64,000 nt of DNA. Origin: Candidatus Marinacidobacterium sp. (lineage in GTDB: Bacteria; Acidobacteriota; Vicinamibacteria; Marinacidobacterales; Marinacidobacteraceae). A model generated the notes under the pieces. That model had not been told where the DNA came from, made no database searches, and saw only the letters and a list, made by a program, of their open reading frames with translations. The stretch spans positions 1,216,001-1,280,000 of the forward strand of contig OZ244852.1 in the NCBI GenBank assembly GCA_965220965.1, in the 5' to 3' direction. Below are positions 25,638 to 34,690 of the stretch, piece after piece. Position 1 is the stretch's first letter; each line of letters opens with the position of its first letter. Both the position numbers and the translations under genes were made by a program.

Positions 25638-26195
25638 ATGAACCATCCGATCCTCGACGACCTGAACCGCCGCATGGACAAGACGGTGACCGTGTTCGAG
25701 CAGGAGCTGGCGACGATCCGGACCGGACGCGCCTCGGTCACGCTCCTGGATGCGGTGCGGGTGGAGTACTACGGACAGCTCCTGCCGCTGAACCAGGTGG
25801 CGACGCTGAAGACTCCCGATGCCAGCACGATCCTCGTCCAGCCCTGGGAGCGCAACATGCTCTCCCCGGTGGACCGGGCGATCCGGGCGGCCAACCTGGA
25901 TCTGAACCCGGCGTCCGACGGCGCGGTGCTGCGGATCCCGATCCCGCCGCTCAGCCAGGAGCGGCGGCGTCAGCTCGCGCGCAGCATCGGGAAGATGGCG
26001 GAGGAACACAAGAACGCGCTCCGCCAGGTTCGCCGGGACGCCAACCAGCAGCTCAAGAAGCTGGTGAAGAGCAAGGAGCTCTCGGAGGATCTCGAGCACG
26101 ATCTCGAGGCCGAAGTCCAGAAGGCGACCGACGCCCACGTGAACCGGCTCTCCGAAGTCGCCTCCCGCAAGGAAGCCAGCATCCTCTCCATCTGA
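25638..26195 (+). CDS. frr: Ribosome recycling factor
   Basis: IRTGRAS..LLD.VRVEYYG...PLNQVA, NPASDG..LRIPIPPLSQERR; AAGGAG SD; follows pyrH. Confidence 0.96.
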   Translation: MNHPILDDLNRRMDKTVTVFEQELATIRTGRASVTLLDAVRVEYYGQLLPLNQVATLKTPDASTILVQPWERNMLSPVDRAIRAANLDLNPASDGAVLRIPIPPLSQERRRQLARSIGKMAEEHKNALRQVRRDANQQLKKLVKSKELSEDLEHDLEAEVQKATDAHVNRLSEVASRKEASILSI

Positions 26196-26239
26196 CCCGC
26201 CACCGGTCCCCTCCCCCACGCTCGCCGCTGGAGGCCGCC

Positions 26240-27421
26240 GTGTCCGAACCGCGCTACTCCTACATCTCGCACCTCGAGTGCTCCCGGACCGGCGAGCGGC
26301 ACGACGCCGGCCAGCCGCACGGCCTCTCCCGCGCCGGCGCCCCGCTCCTCGCCCGCTACGACCTCGAGGCGGCGGCGTCGGTCTTCACGCCGGAAGTGCT
26401 CCGGGACCGGCCCTTCGACCTGTGGCGGTACCACGAGGTCCTGCCCATCCGGCGGGAGCGGCACACGCTCCGGCTGGGCGAAGGGGGGACGCCGCTCACC
26501 CCGGCGTCCCGGCTGGGCGCCGAGCTGGGACTGGACCGGCTCTACGTCAAGGACGAGGGGAGGAACCCCACCGGGAGCTTCAAGGACCGCGGCCTGTGCA
26601 TGGCGGTCTCGGCCGCCTGGCAGTTCGGGGTCGCCGGCGTCGCGCTCCCGTCCGCCGGGAACGCCGGCGGCGCGGCGGCCGCCTACGCCGCCCGCGCCGG
26701 CCTGCCCTGCGTCGTCGCCGTGCCGGAGGACTGTCCGGCGGTGAACCGGGTCGAGGCGGGGGTCTACGGCGCGGAGGTCCACCGGGTGGACGGGCTCATC
26801 TCGGACGCCGGCCGACTCATCGCGGAAATGGCCCCGGAACGCGGGCTCTTCGACGTGGCGACGCTCAAGGAGCCGTTCCGCATCGAGGGCAAGAAGACGA
26901 TGGGGTACGAGCTGTTCGAGCAGCTCGGCCGCCTGCCGGATCTCGTGCTCTATCCCACCGGGGGCGGCACCGGACTCATCGGGATGTGGAAGGCGTTCGC
27001 CGAAATGGAGGCGCTCGGCTGGGTCGGGTCCGAGCGTCCCCGGATGATCGCGGTGCAGGCGGAGGGTTGCGCTCCCATCCCGAAGGCGTTCGCCGAGGGC
27101 GCAACGGAGTCCGAGATGTGGAGCGACGCCGCCACCGTGGCGAGCGGGATGCGGGTGCCCAAGGCGCTCGGCGACTTCCTGATCCTCGCCGCGGTGCGCG
27201 AGAGCGGGGGCGCAGCGATCGCGGTGTCCGATGCCGAACTCATGCGGGACGCCCGCCGCATCGCCTCCACCGAGGGGATCCACGCCGCGCCCGAGGGCGG
27301 AGCGTGCCTCAGCGCGCTGCGCCGGCTGATCGACGCGGGCGAGGTCGCCCCCGACGAGACGGTCGTCCTCTTCAACACCGGGACGGGCGCGAAGTACCTC
27401 GAAGCGTTCGAGAGCGCCTGA
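26240..27421 (+). CDS. thrC: Threonine synthase-like PLP enzyme
   Basis: LGEGGTPL, KDEGRNPTGSFKDRG, SAGNAG, EGKKTM, YPTGGGTG, FNTG.G.KY. Confidence 0.85.
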   Translation: MSEPRYSYISHLECSRTGERHDAGQPHGLSRAGAPLLARYDLEAAASVFTPEVLRDRPFDLWRYHEVLPIRRERHTLRLGEGGTPLTPASRLGAELGLDRLYVKDEGRNPTGSFKDRGLCMAVSAAWQFGVAGVALPSAGNAGGAAAAYAARAGLPCVVAVPEDCPAVNRVEAGVYGAEVHRVDGLISDAGRLIAEMAPERGLFDVATLKEPFRIEGKKTMGYELFEQLGRLPDLVLYPTGGGTGLIGMWKAFAEMEALGWVGSERPRMIAVQAEGCAPIPKAFAEGATESEMWSDAATVASGMRVPKALGDFLILAAVRESGGAAIAVSDAELMRDARRIASTEGIHAAPEGGACLSALRRLIDAGEVAPDETVVLFNTGTGAKYLEAFESA

Positions 27422-27428
27422 CCGACCC

Positions 27429-27470
27429 GGCGGCTCATCCGCGTCGGAGGGTCCGACGCGGAGGGCCGCC
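27429..27470. terminator. GC-rich hairpin between convergent genes (possible bidirectional terminator)
   Basis: TCCGCGTCGGA-ggg-TCCGACGCGGA is a perfect 11-bp stem, extended by ggcggc/gccgcc; no U-tract. Confidence 0.45.
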
Positions 27471-27481
27471 GCTCTTCGGAG

Positions 27482-29638
27482 CTACTGCTGGTCGTCGGTG
27501 GGCGTCTCAGCGGCCGGGTCGCCGAGGCGCACCGCCCACAGACCCGAGTTCCGGTCCGAGAAGAAGATCGTCCCCTTGTGCGGCTGCGCGCCCCAGACCT
27601 GGGGAGCGTTCGGGAGGAACCCGTCGGGATCGAGCGGCAGGAAGCGCGCGATCTCCCGCCCCTGGCGGTAGAGGTTACCGAGCAGCTCGCCCGAGACGTC
27701 CACGACCCTGAGGCCGCCGTTGTAGAACGCCACGTACATCACGTCGTCCTCGATCCAGATGTTGTGGCTCCCGGCCTCGGGCACCTCGTAGCGGCCCACC
27801 AGCCGGGGCTCCTGCTCGAAGTTCTCGTCCCACTCGAGGATGTGGATCCAGCCGCGCCAGCGCGTCGGCTCGTTGTCGTAGCCCGGCGTGCCGGTCCCGA
27901 CCTCGGACATCGGGCTGTAGCGCCCGGTGCGCGCCGCCTCGTCCCCGGCGAAGATGTAGAACTTGCCGGTGGAGACGCTGCGGTAGGGATAGACCGCGTG
28001 GTTCCAGCCGGTGGGGAACGGGAACTGGCCGATGAGCTGCGGGCTCTGGGGCGTGCCCCCCTTCCCGGCCCCGCCGACGTCGATCACCGCGACCCCGTCG
28101 CTCCAGTTCGCCGAGTAGGCGATCCCCTCCACGACCCACACGTCGTGGATCGAGCGCGCCGGGTTGTCGAGCGCGAAGCTGCCGACCCGGTGCGGAGTCG
28201 ACGGATCCTCGATGTTGACGATGTCGAAGCGCTGGCCGCCAGAGAGCGCGTAGATGTGCCCGTCGTGGATGAAAGTGTTGTGGACCCCGCCGGTGAGCTG
28301 GTCGTCGTACTCGGCCAGCCTGGTGACGCCGGTCGACGGGTCGGAGACATCCAGGATCACGAGGCCGTTCCGGCGGTTCGAGGCGCCCTCGCGGGAGATC
28401 ACCGCGGTCGCGCCGTCCTCGCTGATCTTCACGTCGTTCACCGTGCGGGCGTCGACGTGCACGACATCCACGATCTCGAGGCTCTCCGGGTCGGTCACGT
28501 CCCAGATGTAGGCGTGCCCGGCGGCGCTGTGGGTCCCGGTGATGGCGTAGTCCCGACCGTTGGGCGCCTCCCAGACCCACAGATCCGAGGTCGCGCGGTC
28601 CTTCACCCGGCCGTGGCCCACGAGTTCGATGGGACGCTGCGCGCCCCGGTCGGTGACGCTGACGATCGTGGAGGCGGAGACGCCCCCGGTGTGGGCGACG
28701 AGGGTGTAGAGCCCGGGCAGATCCGCCACGAAGCGCCCGTCCGCGGTGACCAGCCCGGAGGACGGTCCCCCAACCCCCATGGCGTCGGTGAGCGCCGAGA
28801 AGCTGTAGCCGATGTGGATGTCCTCGAGCGGGTTGCCGGAGGCGTCGGTGAGGTTCGCGTTGAGGTGGACCACGTCACCGGTGCGGGCGGCCGCCCGGTC
28901 CGCAGTGAGGGTCATCCGGGCCACCGGGTTCTCGGCGACCTCGAGTTCCATCGAGGCGGTCGCTCCCCCCGAGGTCGCGGTGAGGGTCACGCTCCCCGGC
29001 GCGCCGAGGCGGAGCACACCCCGCGTCCTCGACCGCTCCACGGTGGCCGGGCGGGCGACCGGGGCCGCAACCGAGGCGTCCGAGGTGCTCCACTCGACGG
29101 CGGCGCCCTCGACCAGCTCGCCGCCGGCGTCGAGCGGCGCCGCATCCACGGTCGTTTCGGTTCCCGAGAACAGCGGGCCGGACATCGCGACCTGGAGCTC
29201 CGCGACCGGACGGGGGGCGATCGTCAGCGGCACGCGCTGCTGGATGAAGCCCTCGCCCTCCGGATCGCGGTCGCCGCTCTCCACCCGGGCGCCCACGACC
29301 CGCACCATGACCCCGAACTCGCCGGGCCGGCGGGTGGAGACCTCGCCCTCGCGGGAGACCTTGAACAGGTTGAACCCCCAGGTTCGGCGCTCGATGTCCC
29401 AGAACTGGCCGTAGAGCGGCAGGTAGAGAACCTGGGCGTCCTCGATCTCGACGCCGTCCGCGTCGAGCACGCGGGCCTCGAGCTGCGCCGCCTCGCCGGC
29501 GACCAGGTGGAGCTCGGCGGGCGTCACCTCGATCGAGGCGGGCTGGCGGGCCTCTTCGCCGCCGGCGGCTTCCTGGCCGGCGACCGGCGCGGCGGCGAGC
29601 AGCCCCGCGAAGAGCAGACGGAGAGTCGGGCGCTTCAT
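27482..29638 (-). CDS. Secreted protein with Ig-like (Big_2-type) domains and an LVIVD-repeat beta-propeller
   Basis: Signal peptide; IEVTPAELHL and VEWSTSDASVA Ig motifs; repeats LVILDVSDP, FDIVNIEDP, LRVVDVS with HN/HD motifs. Confidence 0.8.
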   Translation of the reverse strand: MKRPTLRLLFAGLLAAAPVAGQEAAGGEEARQPASIEVTPAELHLVAGEAAQLEARVLDADGVEIEDAQVLYLPLYGQFWDIERRTWGFNLFKVSREGEVSTRRPGEFGVMVRVVGARVESGDRDPEGEGFIQQRVPLTIAPRPVAELQVAMSGPLFSGTETTVDAAPLDAGGELVEGAAVEWSTSDASVAAPVARPATVERSRTRGVLRLGAPGSVTLTATSGGATASMELEVAENPVARMTLTADRAAARTGDVVHLNANLTDASGNPLEDIHIGYSFSALTDAMGVGGPSSGLVTADGRFVADLPGLYTLVAHTGGVSASTIVSVTDRGAQRPIELVGHGRVKDRATSDLWVWEAPNGRDYAITGTHSAAGHAYIWDVTDPESLEIVDVVHVDARTVNDVKISEDGATAVISREGASNRRNGLVILDVSDPSTGVTRLAEYDDQLTGGVHNTFIHDGHIYALSGGQRFDIVNIEDPSTPHRVGSFALDNPARSIHDVWVVEGIAYSANWSDGVAVIDVGGAGKGGTPQSPQLIGQFPFPTGWNHAVYPYRSVSTGKFYIFAGDEAARTGRYSPMSEVGTGTPGYDNEPTRWRGWIHILEWDENFEQEPRLVGRYEVPEAGSHNIWIEDDVMYVAFYNGGLRVVDVSGELLGNLYRQGREIARFLPLDPDGFLPNAPQVWGAQPHKGTIFFSDRNSGLWAVRLGDPAAETPTDDQQ

Positions 29639-31584
29639 TACCAGGCCACCCCGTAGTCCTCGCCGTGCTGGCTGGAGCCGCCCCAGAGGGTGCCGTGCTC
29701 GCGATCGAACCAGATGGCGTTGATCGGGCCGGAGGTCCGGGGAGCGAAGCGCAGGTCGTACCCCATGCCGGTCAGCTCCTCGCGGATCCAGTCGGGCACC
29801 CGGTCGTTCAGCAGCAGGCTGCCGGGCTCGGACTCGTGGGCTCCGAAGGAACTGCGCATCTGGTAGCTGTTGAAGTTGGCGGCCTCGGCGGCCTCCTGGA
29901 CGTTCATGCCGAACTCGACCACGTTCAGGAAGAACTGCAGGAGGTTCTGGTCCTGGCCGTCGCCTCCCTGGACCGCGAAGGACAGGAACGGCTCCCCGTC
30001 CCGCAGCGCCAGGCTCGGTGTGAGCGTCGCGCGTGGGCGCTTCCCCGGTTCGAGGACGTTGTAGGGGTTCTTCGCCGGGTCGAGCACGAAGCTCTGCATC
30101 CGCTGGCTGAGCCCGATGCCGGTCTCGCCGGCGAGCACCGCCGGGAGCCAGCCTCCGCTGGGGGTCACCGAGACGACCCAGCCGGAAGCGTCCGCCGCCT
30201 GGATCGACGTGGTCCCGGCGACGAAGCCGTCGAGGAACTCCTGGCGCTCCTCCTCGGTGGTCGGCTGCCCCGAGGTTCCGCCGAAGTTCTCGAGGTAGTG
30301 GGCGAACGGGTTCTCCCCGCCCTGGAACGGATACGGGTCGCCGGGTCCGATGTTCGGGTCGTTGCGATCCGGCCGGATCAGCTTCGCCCGCTCCCGCGCG
30401 TAGTCCTTCGAGAGAAGTCCGCGGATCGGCTCCTCCGGCGGGAAGTAGGGGTCCCCGTAATAGAAGTCGCGGTCGGCGAAGGCGAGGTTCATCGCCTGGT
30501 AGATCGTGTGGATGTACCGCGTGCTGTTGTAGCCCATCCCCTTGAGGTCGAAGTCCTCGATGAGGTTCAGCGCCTGGAGCAGCACCGGGCCCTGGACCCA
30601 GTGGGTCAGCTTGTAGACCTCGATGCCCTTGTAGTTCGTGGAGACCGGCTCCTCGATCTCGACTCTCCAGTTGGCGAGGTCATCCGTCGTGATGAGGCCG
30701 CCCTGTTCCTGGGTTCCCCGGGCGATCTCCTCGGCGATGTCGCCCTTGTAGAAGCGGTCGTAGGCGGCGTAGATGGCGCCCTTGCGGTCCTGGCCGGCGG
30801 CGAGCGCCTCGGCCTCCGCATCGACCAGCTTCTGGAGCGTGGCGTGGAGCTCGGGCTGGCGGAAGACCTCACCCGGAAGCGGCCCGCCGGCGTCGAACTC
30901 CCGGGTGGACGCATCCTCGCGGTCCCAGTAGTTCCCGGTCTCGTCCTGCGGGCCGGACTCGGCCGAACGCTCGTCGCGGTGCGGGAGCAGGGTCCGGCGC
31001 GACCAGGGCCACTCGGCGATCCGGTCGGCGCCGCGCTGGATCGAGCGGGCGGTCGCCGCCTCGATGGGGTATCCCTCCGCCATCATCATCGCCGGCGCGA
31101 GGACCTCGGCGAGGCTCATCGTCCCGTATTCGGCGAGCATCGTCATGAGGCCGCCGGGAGTCCCGGGCGTCACCGCGGCGAGGGGTCCGACCGCGGGCGG
31201 ATAGTCCATCCCCTGCTCCCGGAAGAACTCGGGCGTGGCCCCGGTGGGCGCGACGCCGAGCGCGTTGATCCCGATGACCTTCTTCTGCTCGGGGTGCCAG
31301 ATCAGCGCCTGGGTCTCGCCTCCCCAGCTCAGCACGTCGAACATGGTCGCCGTCGCCCCCAGCATGGCGCAGGCGGCGTCGACCGCGTTGCCGCCCTGCT
31401 GGAAGATCATGGCGCCGGCGGTTGCGCCCAGCGGCTTGCCGGTGATCGCCATCCAGTGCCGTCCGTGGAGGACGGGCTTCTGGGGCCGGGCGAGACCCGA
31501 CGCGGCGATCGCCGAGGCGATCAGAAGGACAGTGGCGAACGCCGCTCGGCGTCCGGAACGGGATGGCTTGGGGAGAGTCCTCAT
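29638..31584 (-). CDS. ggt: Gamma-glutamyltransferase family protein (secreted)
   Basis: GGNAVDAA, FYKGDIA, AFADRD.YYGDP, autoprocessing Thr in GTTSIQAAD, PGKRPRATLTP; start uncertain (31584-31620). Confidence 0.88.
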   Translation of the reverse strand: MRTLPKPSRSGRRAAFATVLLIASAIAASGLARPQKPVLHGRHWMAITGKPLGATAGAMIFQQGGNAVDAACAMLGATATMFDVLSWGGETQALIWHPEQKKVIGINALGVAPTGATPEFFREQGMDYPPAVGPLAAVTPGTPGGLMTMLAEYGTMSLAEVLAPAMMMAEGYPIEAATARSIQRGADRIAEWPWSRRTLLPHRDERSAESGPQDETGNYWDREDASTREFDAGGPLPGEVFRQPELHATLQKLVDAEAEALAAGQDRKGAIYAAYDRFYKGDIAEEIARGTQEQGGLITTDDLANWRVEIEEPVSTNYKGIEVYKLTHWVQGPVLLQALNLIEDFDLKGMGYNSTRYIHTIYQAMNLAFADRDFYYGDPYFPPEEPIRGLLSKDYARERAKLIRPDRNDPNIGPGDPYPFQGGENPFAHYLENFGGTSGQPTTEEERQEFLDGFVAGTTSIQAADASGWVVSVTPSGGWLPAVLAGETGIGLSQRMQSFVLDPAKNPYNVLEPGKRPRATLTPSLALRDGEPFLSFAVQGGDGQDQNLLQFFLNVVEFGMNVQEAAEAANFNSYQMRSSFGAHESEPGSLLLNDRVPDWIREELTGMGYDLRFAPRTSGPINAIWFDREHGTLWGGSSQHGEDYGVAW

Positions 31585-31654
31585 GGTGCGGATTGTGGTC
31601 GCCCGGAGGCGGATCCGCAAAGGGGACTCTCCCCGTCAGGACGGGGCCCGCCGT

Positions 31655-33724
31655 TTACTCCCTCGAGGAAGCGTCGGTCGTCGTGAGGTCGCCCTCCACC
31701 GTGAACCGCTCGAACCAGTTGCGAAGCAGGAGCTGGACGCGGAGGAAGTTCGTGGGGGGAAGACTCCGGCTGTGCCAGCCATCGGTGAGCCGCACCATCG
31801 CGGTCGGGATCTTCCGCATCTTCAGCGCCATGTAGTACTGCTCGGTCTGCTCCATGGGCGTGCGGAGATCCCGCTCCCCGGTCATCAGCATCGTCGGCGT
31901 CGTCACTTTGCCGACGTACATCAGCGTGGAGCGCCGCAGGTGCTCCTCCGGGTCCTCCCACGGGAGCTTCTCGAAGTTGCGGTACCAGCTCGCCCCGTCG
32001 GTGGTGCCGACGAAGCTCAGCCAGTTCGTCACCGGAGCCTTCGCCACCGCCGCGGTGAAGCGGTCGGTGTTCCCCACGATCCACGAGGTCAGGACGCCGC
32101 CCCCGCTGCCGCCGTAGACGAACAGGTTCCGCTCGTCGATGTAGCCGCGCGAGAGGATCTCGTCGACGCCCGCCAGCAGGTCGTCGAGGTCCTTGCCGGG
32201 GTAGGCGTTGTCGATCTCGTTCCCGAAGGAGCTGCCGTAGCCGCTGCTGCCCCTCGGGTTCGTGTAGAGCACGACGTAGCCGTTCGCGGCGTGGTCGTGG
32301 TTCTTGAAGTCGAAGCCGCTGTTGTACATGGCGTGCGGTCCGCCGTGGATCCGGAGGATCAGCGGGTACTTGCGGGCGGGGTCGAAATCGGGCGGCTTGA
32401 CGATCCAGCCCTGGATGTCGAGCCCGTCGGGGGACTCGTACCAGATCTCCTCGACCTCGCCGAGCTTCACCTGGTCGAGCCACGCGGCGTTCGTGACGTG
32501 GAGCGTGGTCAGGGTCTCGGGCGCATCCACATCGAAGACGACGAGGTTGCCCGGAGTGTGGTAGCTGGTCACGACCCCCGCGGCGGTTCCGTCCTCGCTG
32601 ATCGAGGACACCGAGAGCATGTGGTTGCCCGAACTCACCGGACGGACCTCGCCGTCCATCCGGGCGAAGTAGAGGTTGTTCGTCCCGCGCAACTGCGCGC
32701 CGAAGTAGACGCCGCCGCCGTCGGGCGCCCAGCCCACGATCGAGGGCCGCCGGCCCATCTCGCTGGCGAGGACTCTCGGCCCCGAGCCGTCCGCCGCCGC
32801 GACCACCAGGTCTTCCTCGCGGTAGGTGTCGTGGTTGAAGTCCATCCCGGTGTAGGCGATCCAGCGCCCGTCGGGTGACGGGACCGGGCCGCTGTCTGGT
32901 CCGCTGCGGTCGGTCAGCGCGGTGATCTCCCCGGTCGCCACCTCCACGCGGTAGATGTCGCCCTCCCGCCAGGCGTGCTCGGCATCCGGGGTCCGGAGCG
33001 AGGTGAATACGAGGGAGCTCCCGTCGCCGAGGAACCGCGGCCCGTCGTGGTGGTAGTCGCCGCTCGTCAACTGGCGCGGCGTCCCGCCGTCGGCGCTCAC
33101 CAGGAACAGGTGCCGGAATCCCTTCGGGTGGTAGCCGACCCCGTCGCGCCGGTAGTTGAGGCGGGTGACGATCCGCGGCGGCGCGGTCCAGTCGGCGCCT
33201 TCGGGCGCGTTCGGCATGTCGATCGCCCAGTCAGGATCGGGACCCGGCGAAACGACGGCGCGGAAGGCCAGCGAGTCGCCGTCGGGTGACCACTGGATCT
33301 GCGAAGGGGAGTTCTCGAGCCGGGTCACCTGGCTCTCCGCCCCCTCGGCGTCCATCCAGCGGACGAAGATCTGCGACCCGCCCGGGTCGGCGCTGCGGGT
33401 GAAGGCGATCCGGTCACCGGCCGGGGACCACCGGGGCCCGCTCCCCTCGGTGAGGAACCGGTTCCGCGAACCGTCGACGCCGACGATCCAGAGCTCGGTC
33501 TTCCAGCGGTCCTCCATCGAGTCCACGAACCGGCGCTCGTAGACGACGGTCTGGCCGTCAGGAGAGATCCGGGGGTTCGAGACCGCCTCCCACGAGAGGT
33601 AGTCGGCGAGCTCGAGCGGGCGCTGGCCGGTCTGGGCGGCGGCGGGCAGCGCGAGCGCTCCCGCCAGCAGGAACAGCGTGGAGAGGGCGGCCACGCGCCG
33701 CATCAGGTTCTGCTGGGTACTCAT
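31655..33724 (-). CDS. S9-family (prolyl oligopeptidase / acylaminoacyl) peptidase with PD40 propeller
   Basis: WSPDG repeats, IHGGPH, NPRGSSGYG, nucleophile GGSGGG, DLRTP and catalytic His; GGAGG SD before the ATG at 33724. Confidence 0.92.
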   Translation of the reverse strand: MSTQQNLMRRVAALSTLFLLAGALALPAAAQTGQRPLELADYLSWEAVSNPRISPDGQTVVYERRFVDSMEDRWKTELWIVGVDGSRNRFLTEGSGPRWSPAGDRIAFTRSADPGGSQIFVRWMDAEGAESQVTRLENSPSQIQWSPDGDSLAFRAVVSPGPDPDWAIDMPNAPEGADWTAPPRIVTRLNYRRDGVGYHPKGFRHLFLVSADGGTPRQLTSGDYHHDGPRFLGDGSSLVFTSLRTPDAEHAWREGDIYRVEVATGEITALTDRSGPDSGPVPSPDGRWIAYTGMDFNHDTYREEDLVVAAADGSGPRVLASEMGRRPSIVGWAPDGGGVYFGAQLRGTNNLYFARMDGEVRPVSSGNHMLSVSSISEDGTAAGVVTSYHTPGNLVVFDVDAPETLTTLHVTNAAWLDQVKLGEVEEIWYESPDGLDIQGWIVKPPDFDPARKYPLILRIHGGPHAMYNSGFDFKNHDHAANGYVVLYTNPRGSSGYGSSFGNEIDNAYPGKDLDDLLAGVDEILSRGYIDERNLFVYGGSGGGVLTSWIVGNTDRFTAAVAKAPVTNWLSFVGTTDGASWYRNFEKLPWEDPEEHLRRSTLMYVGKVTTPTMLMTGERDLRTPMEQTEQYYMALKMRKIPTAMVRLTDGWHSRSLPPTNFLRVQLLLRNWFERFTVEGDLTTTDASSRE

Positions 33725-33805
33725 CCTGGACACCTCCGCGGACGCCTGCCGGCGCCGCCGAATCAGATTGCCGGCCACGGACCGCCGTCTGGCCGGTTCG
33801 GCGCG

Positions 33806-34690
33806 TCAGACGATCAGCGCCTCGTCGTGTTCGTCGGAGAGCGCGAGCAGCCCGATCCCTCCGAGAACCGCCAGATCGGCGAACAGGAGCGGCGCGAGCG
33901 GAGGCGCTCCGTACAGGAGGGATTCCGTCGTCAGGCCGCCGGACGCACCGACCGCCGCCTGCAGATGCAGTATAAGACCGAGGATCCCCACGGCCGCCTG
34001 GGCGATGAGAACCCACCCGGCGAGCCGGACGCTTCCCCGGTCCGGCCGGCGACGCGCCGCCACCAGCGCGAGCGCCGGAACCGCCACCGCCGCCGCCGCC
34101 ACCGGGATCCACTCGGTCCAGCGGAAGAAGCCGTTCTGCTCGTGGTCGAGGACCGAGAGCAGGAAGTTTCCGGCGAAGCCGGCGGCGGTGAACAGCAGGA
34201 CCCACTGCCCCCACCCCATCCCGTCGGCGCTCCGCCAGACGCCGCGGCTGCGGTTCGCCAGCAGCAGGAACCCGACCCCGGCGTAGGCGAGCGGCGCCAC
34301 CACCGGCGCGGCGTAGACCAGGCTGTCGGGCCGCCAGGTGATCAGGAACTCGGACTGCAGATGGAGGACGGTCCCCGCCCCGCCGCAGAGGATCGAGAGC
34401 GCGCCCACCGCGCCGCCGACGAACCGGGAGGTTCGGGAATCAGGCATTCGACCGCCGAGGAGCAGCGCGGCGAGCGCCGCGCTCCCCAGCAGCGAGAACG
34501 CCACCGGCGCCCATTCGAGCGGCTCCCGGAAGGCGTTCACCGAGTGGGCGAGGAGCACATCCACGCCCAGAAAGAACAGGTTCGCGGTCAGAAAGACCTC
34601 GAGGAGCGTCCGCCGCCGGGACCGCAGCGCGGCGAGGCCCCACCCCGAGGGGCGCGGGGTCACCGCGGTCGCGGAATCACTCGGAGCCAC
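33806..34690 (-). CDS. Integral membrane protein (~8 TM) with an internal two-fold repeat and 4 conserved His
   Basis: Hydrophobic helices; the halves LAHSVNAF..EWAPV..LHLQS..LVYAAPVVAPL and LDHEQNGF..EWIPV..LHLQA..LLYGAPPLAPL align; overlaps the upstream cytochrome gene. Confidence 0.8.
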   Translation of the reverse strand: MAPSDSATAVTPRPSGWGLAALRSRRRTLLEVFLTANLFFLGVDVLLAHSVNAFREPLEWAPVAFSLLGSAALAALLLGGRMPDSRTSRFVGGAVGALSILCGGAGTVLHLQSEFLITWRPDSLVYAAPVVAPLAYAGVGFLLLANRSRGVWRSADGMGWGQWVLLFTAAGFAGNFLLSVLDHEQNGFFRWTEWIPVAAAAVAVPALALVAARRRPDRGSVRLAGWVLIAQAAVGILGLILHLQAAVGASGGLTTESLLYGAPPLAPLLFADLAVLGGIGLLALSDEHDEALIV

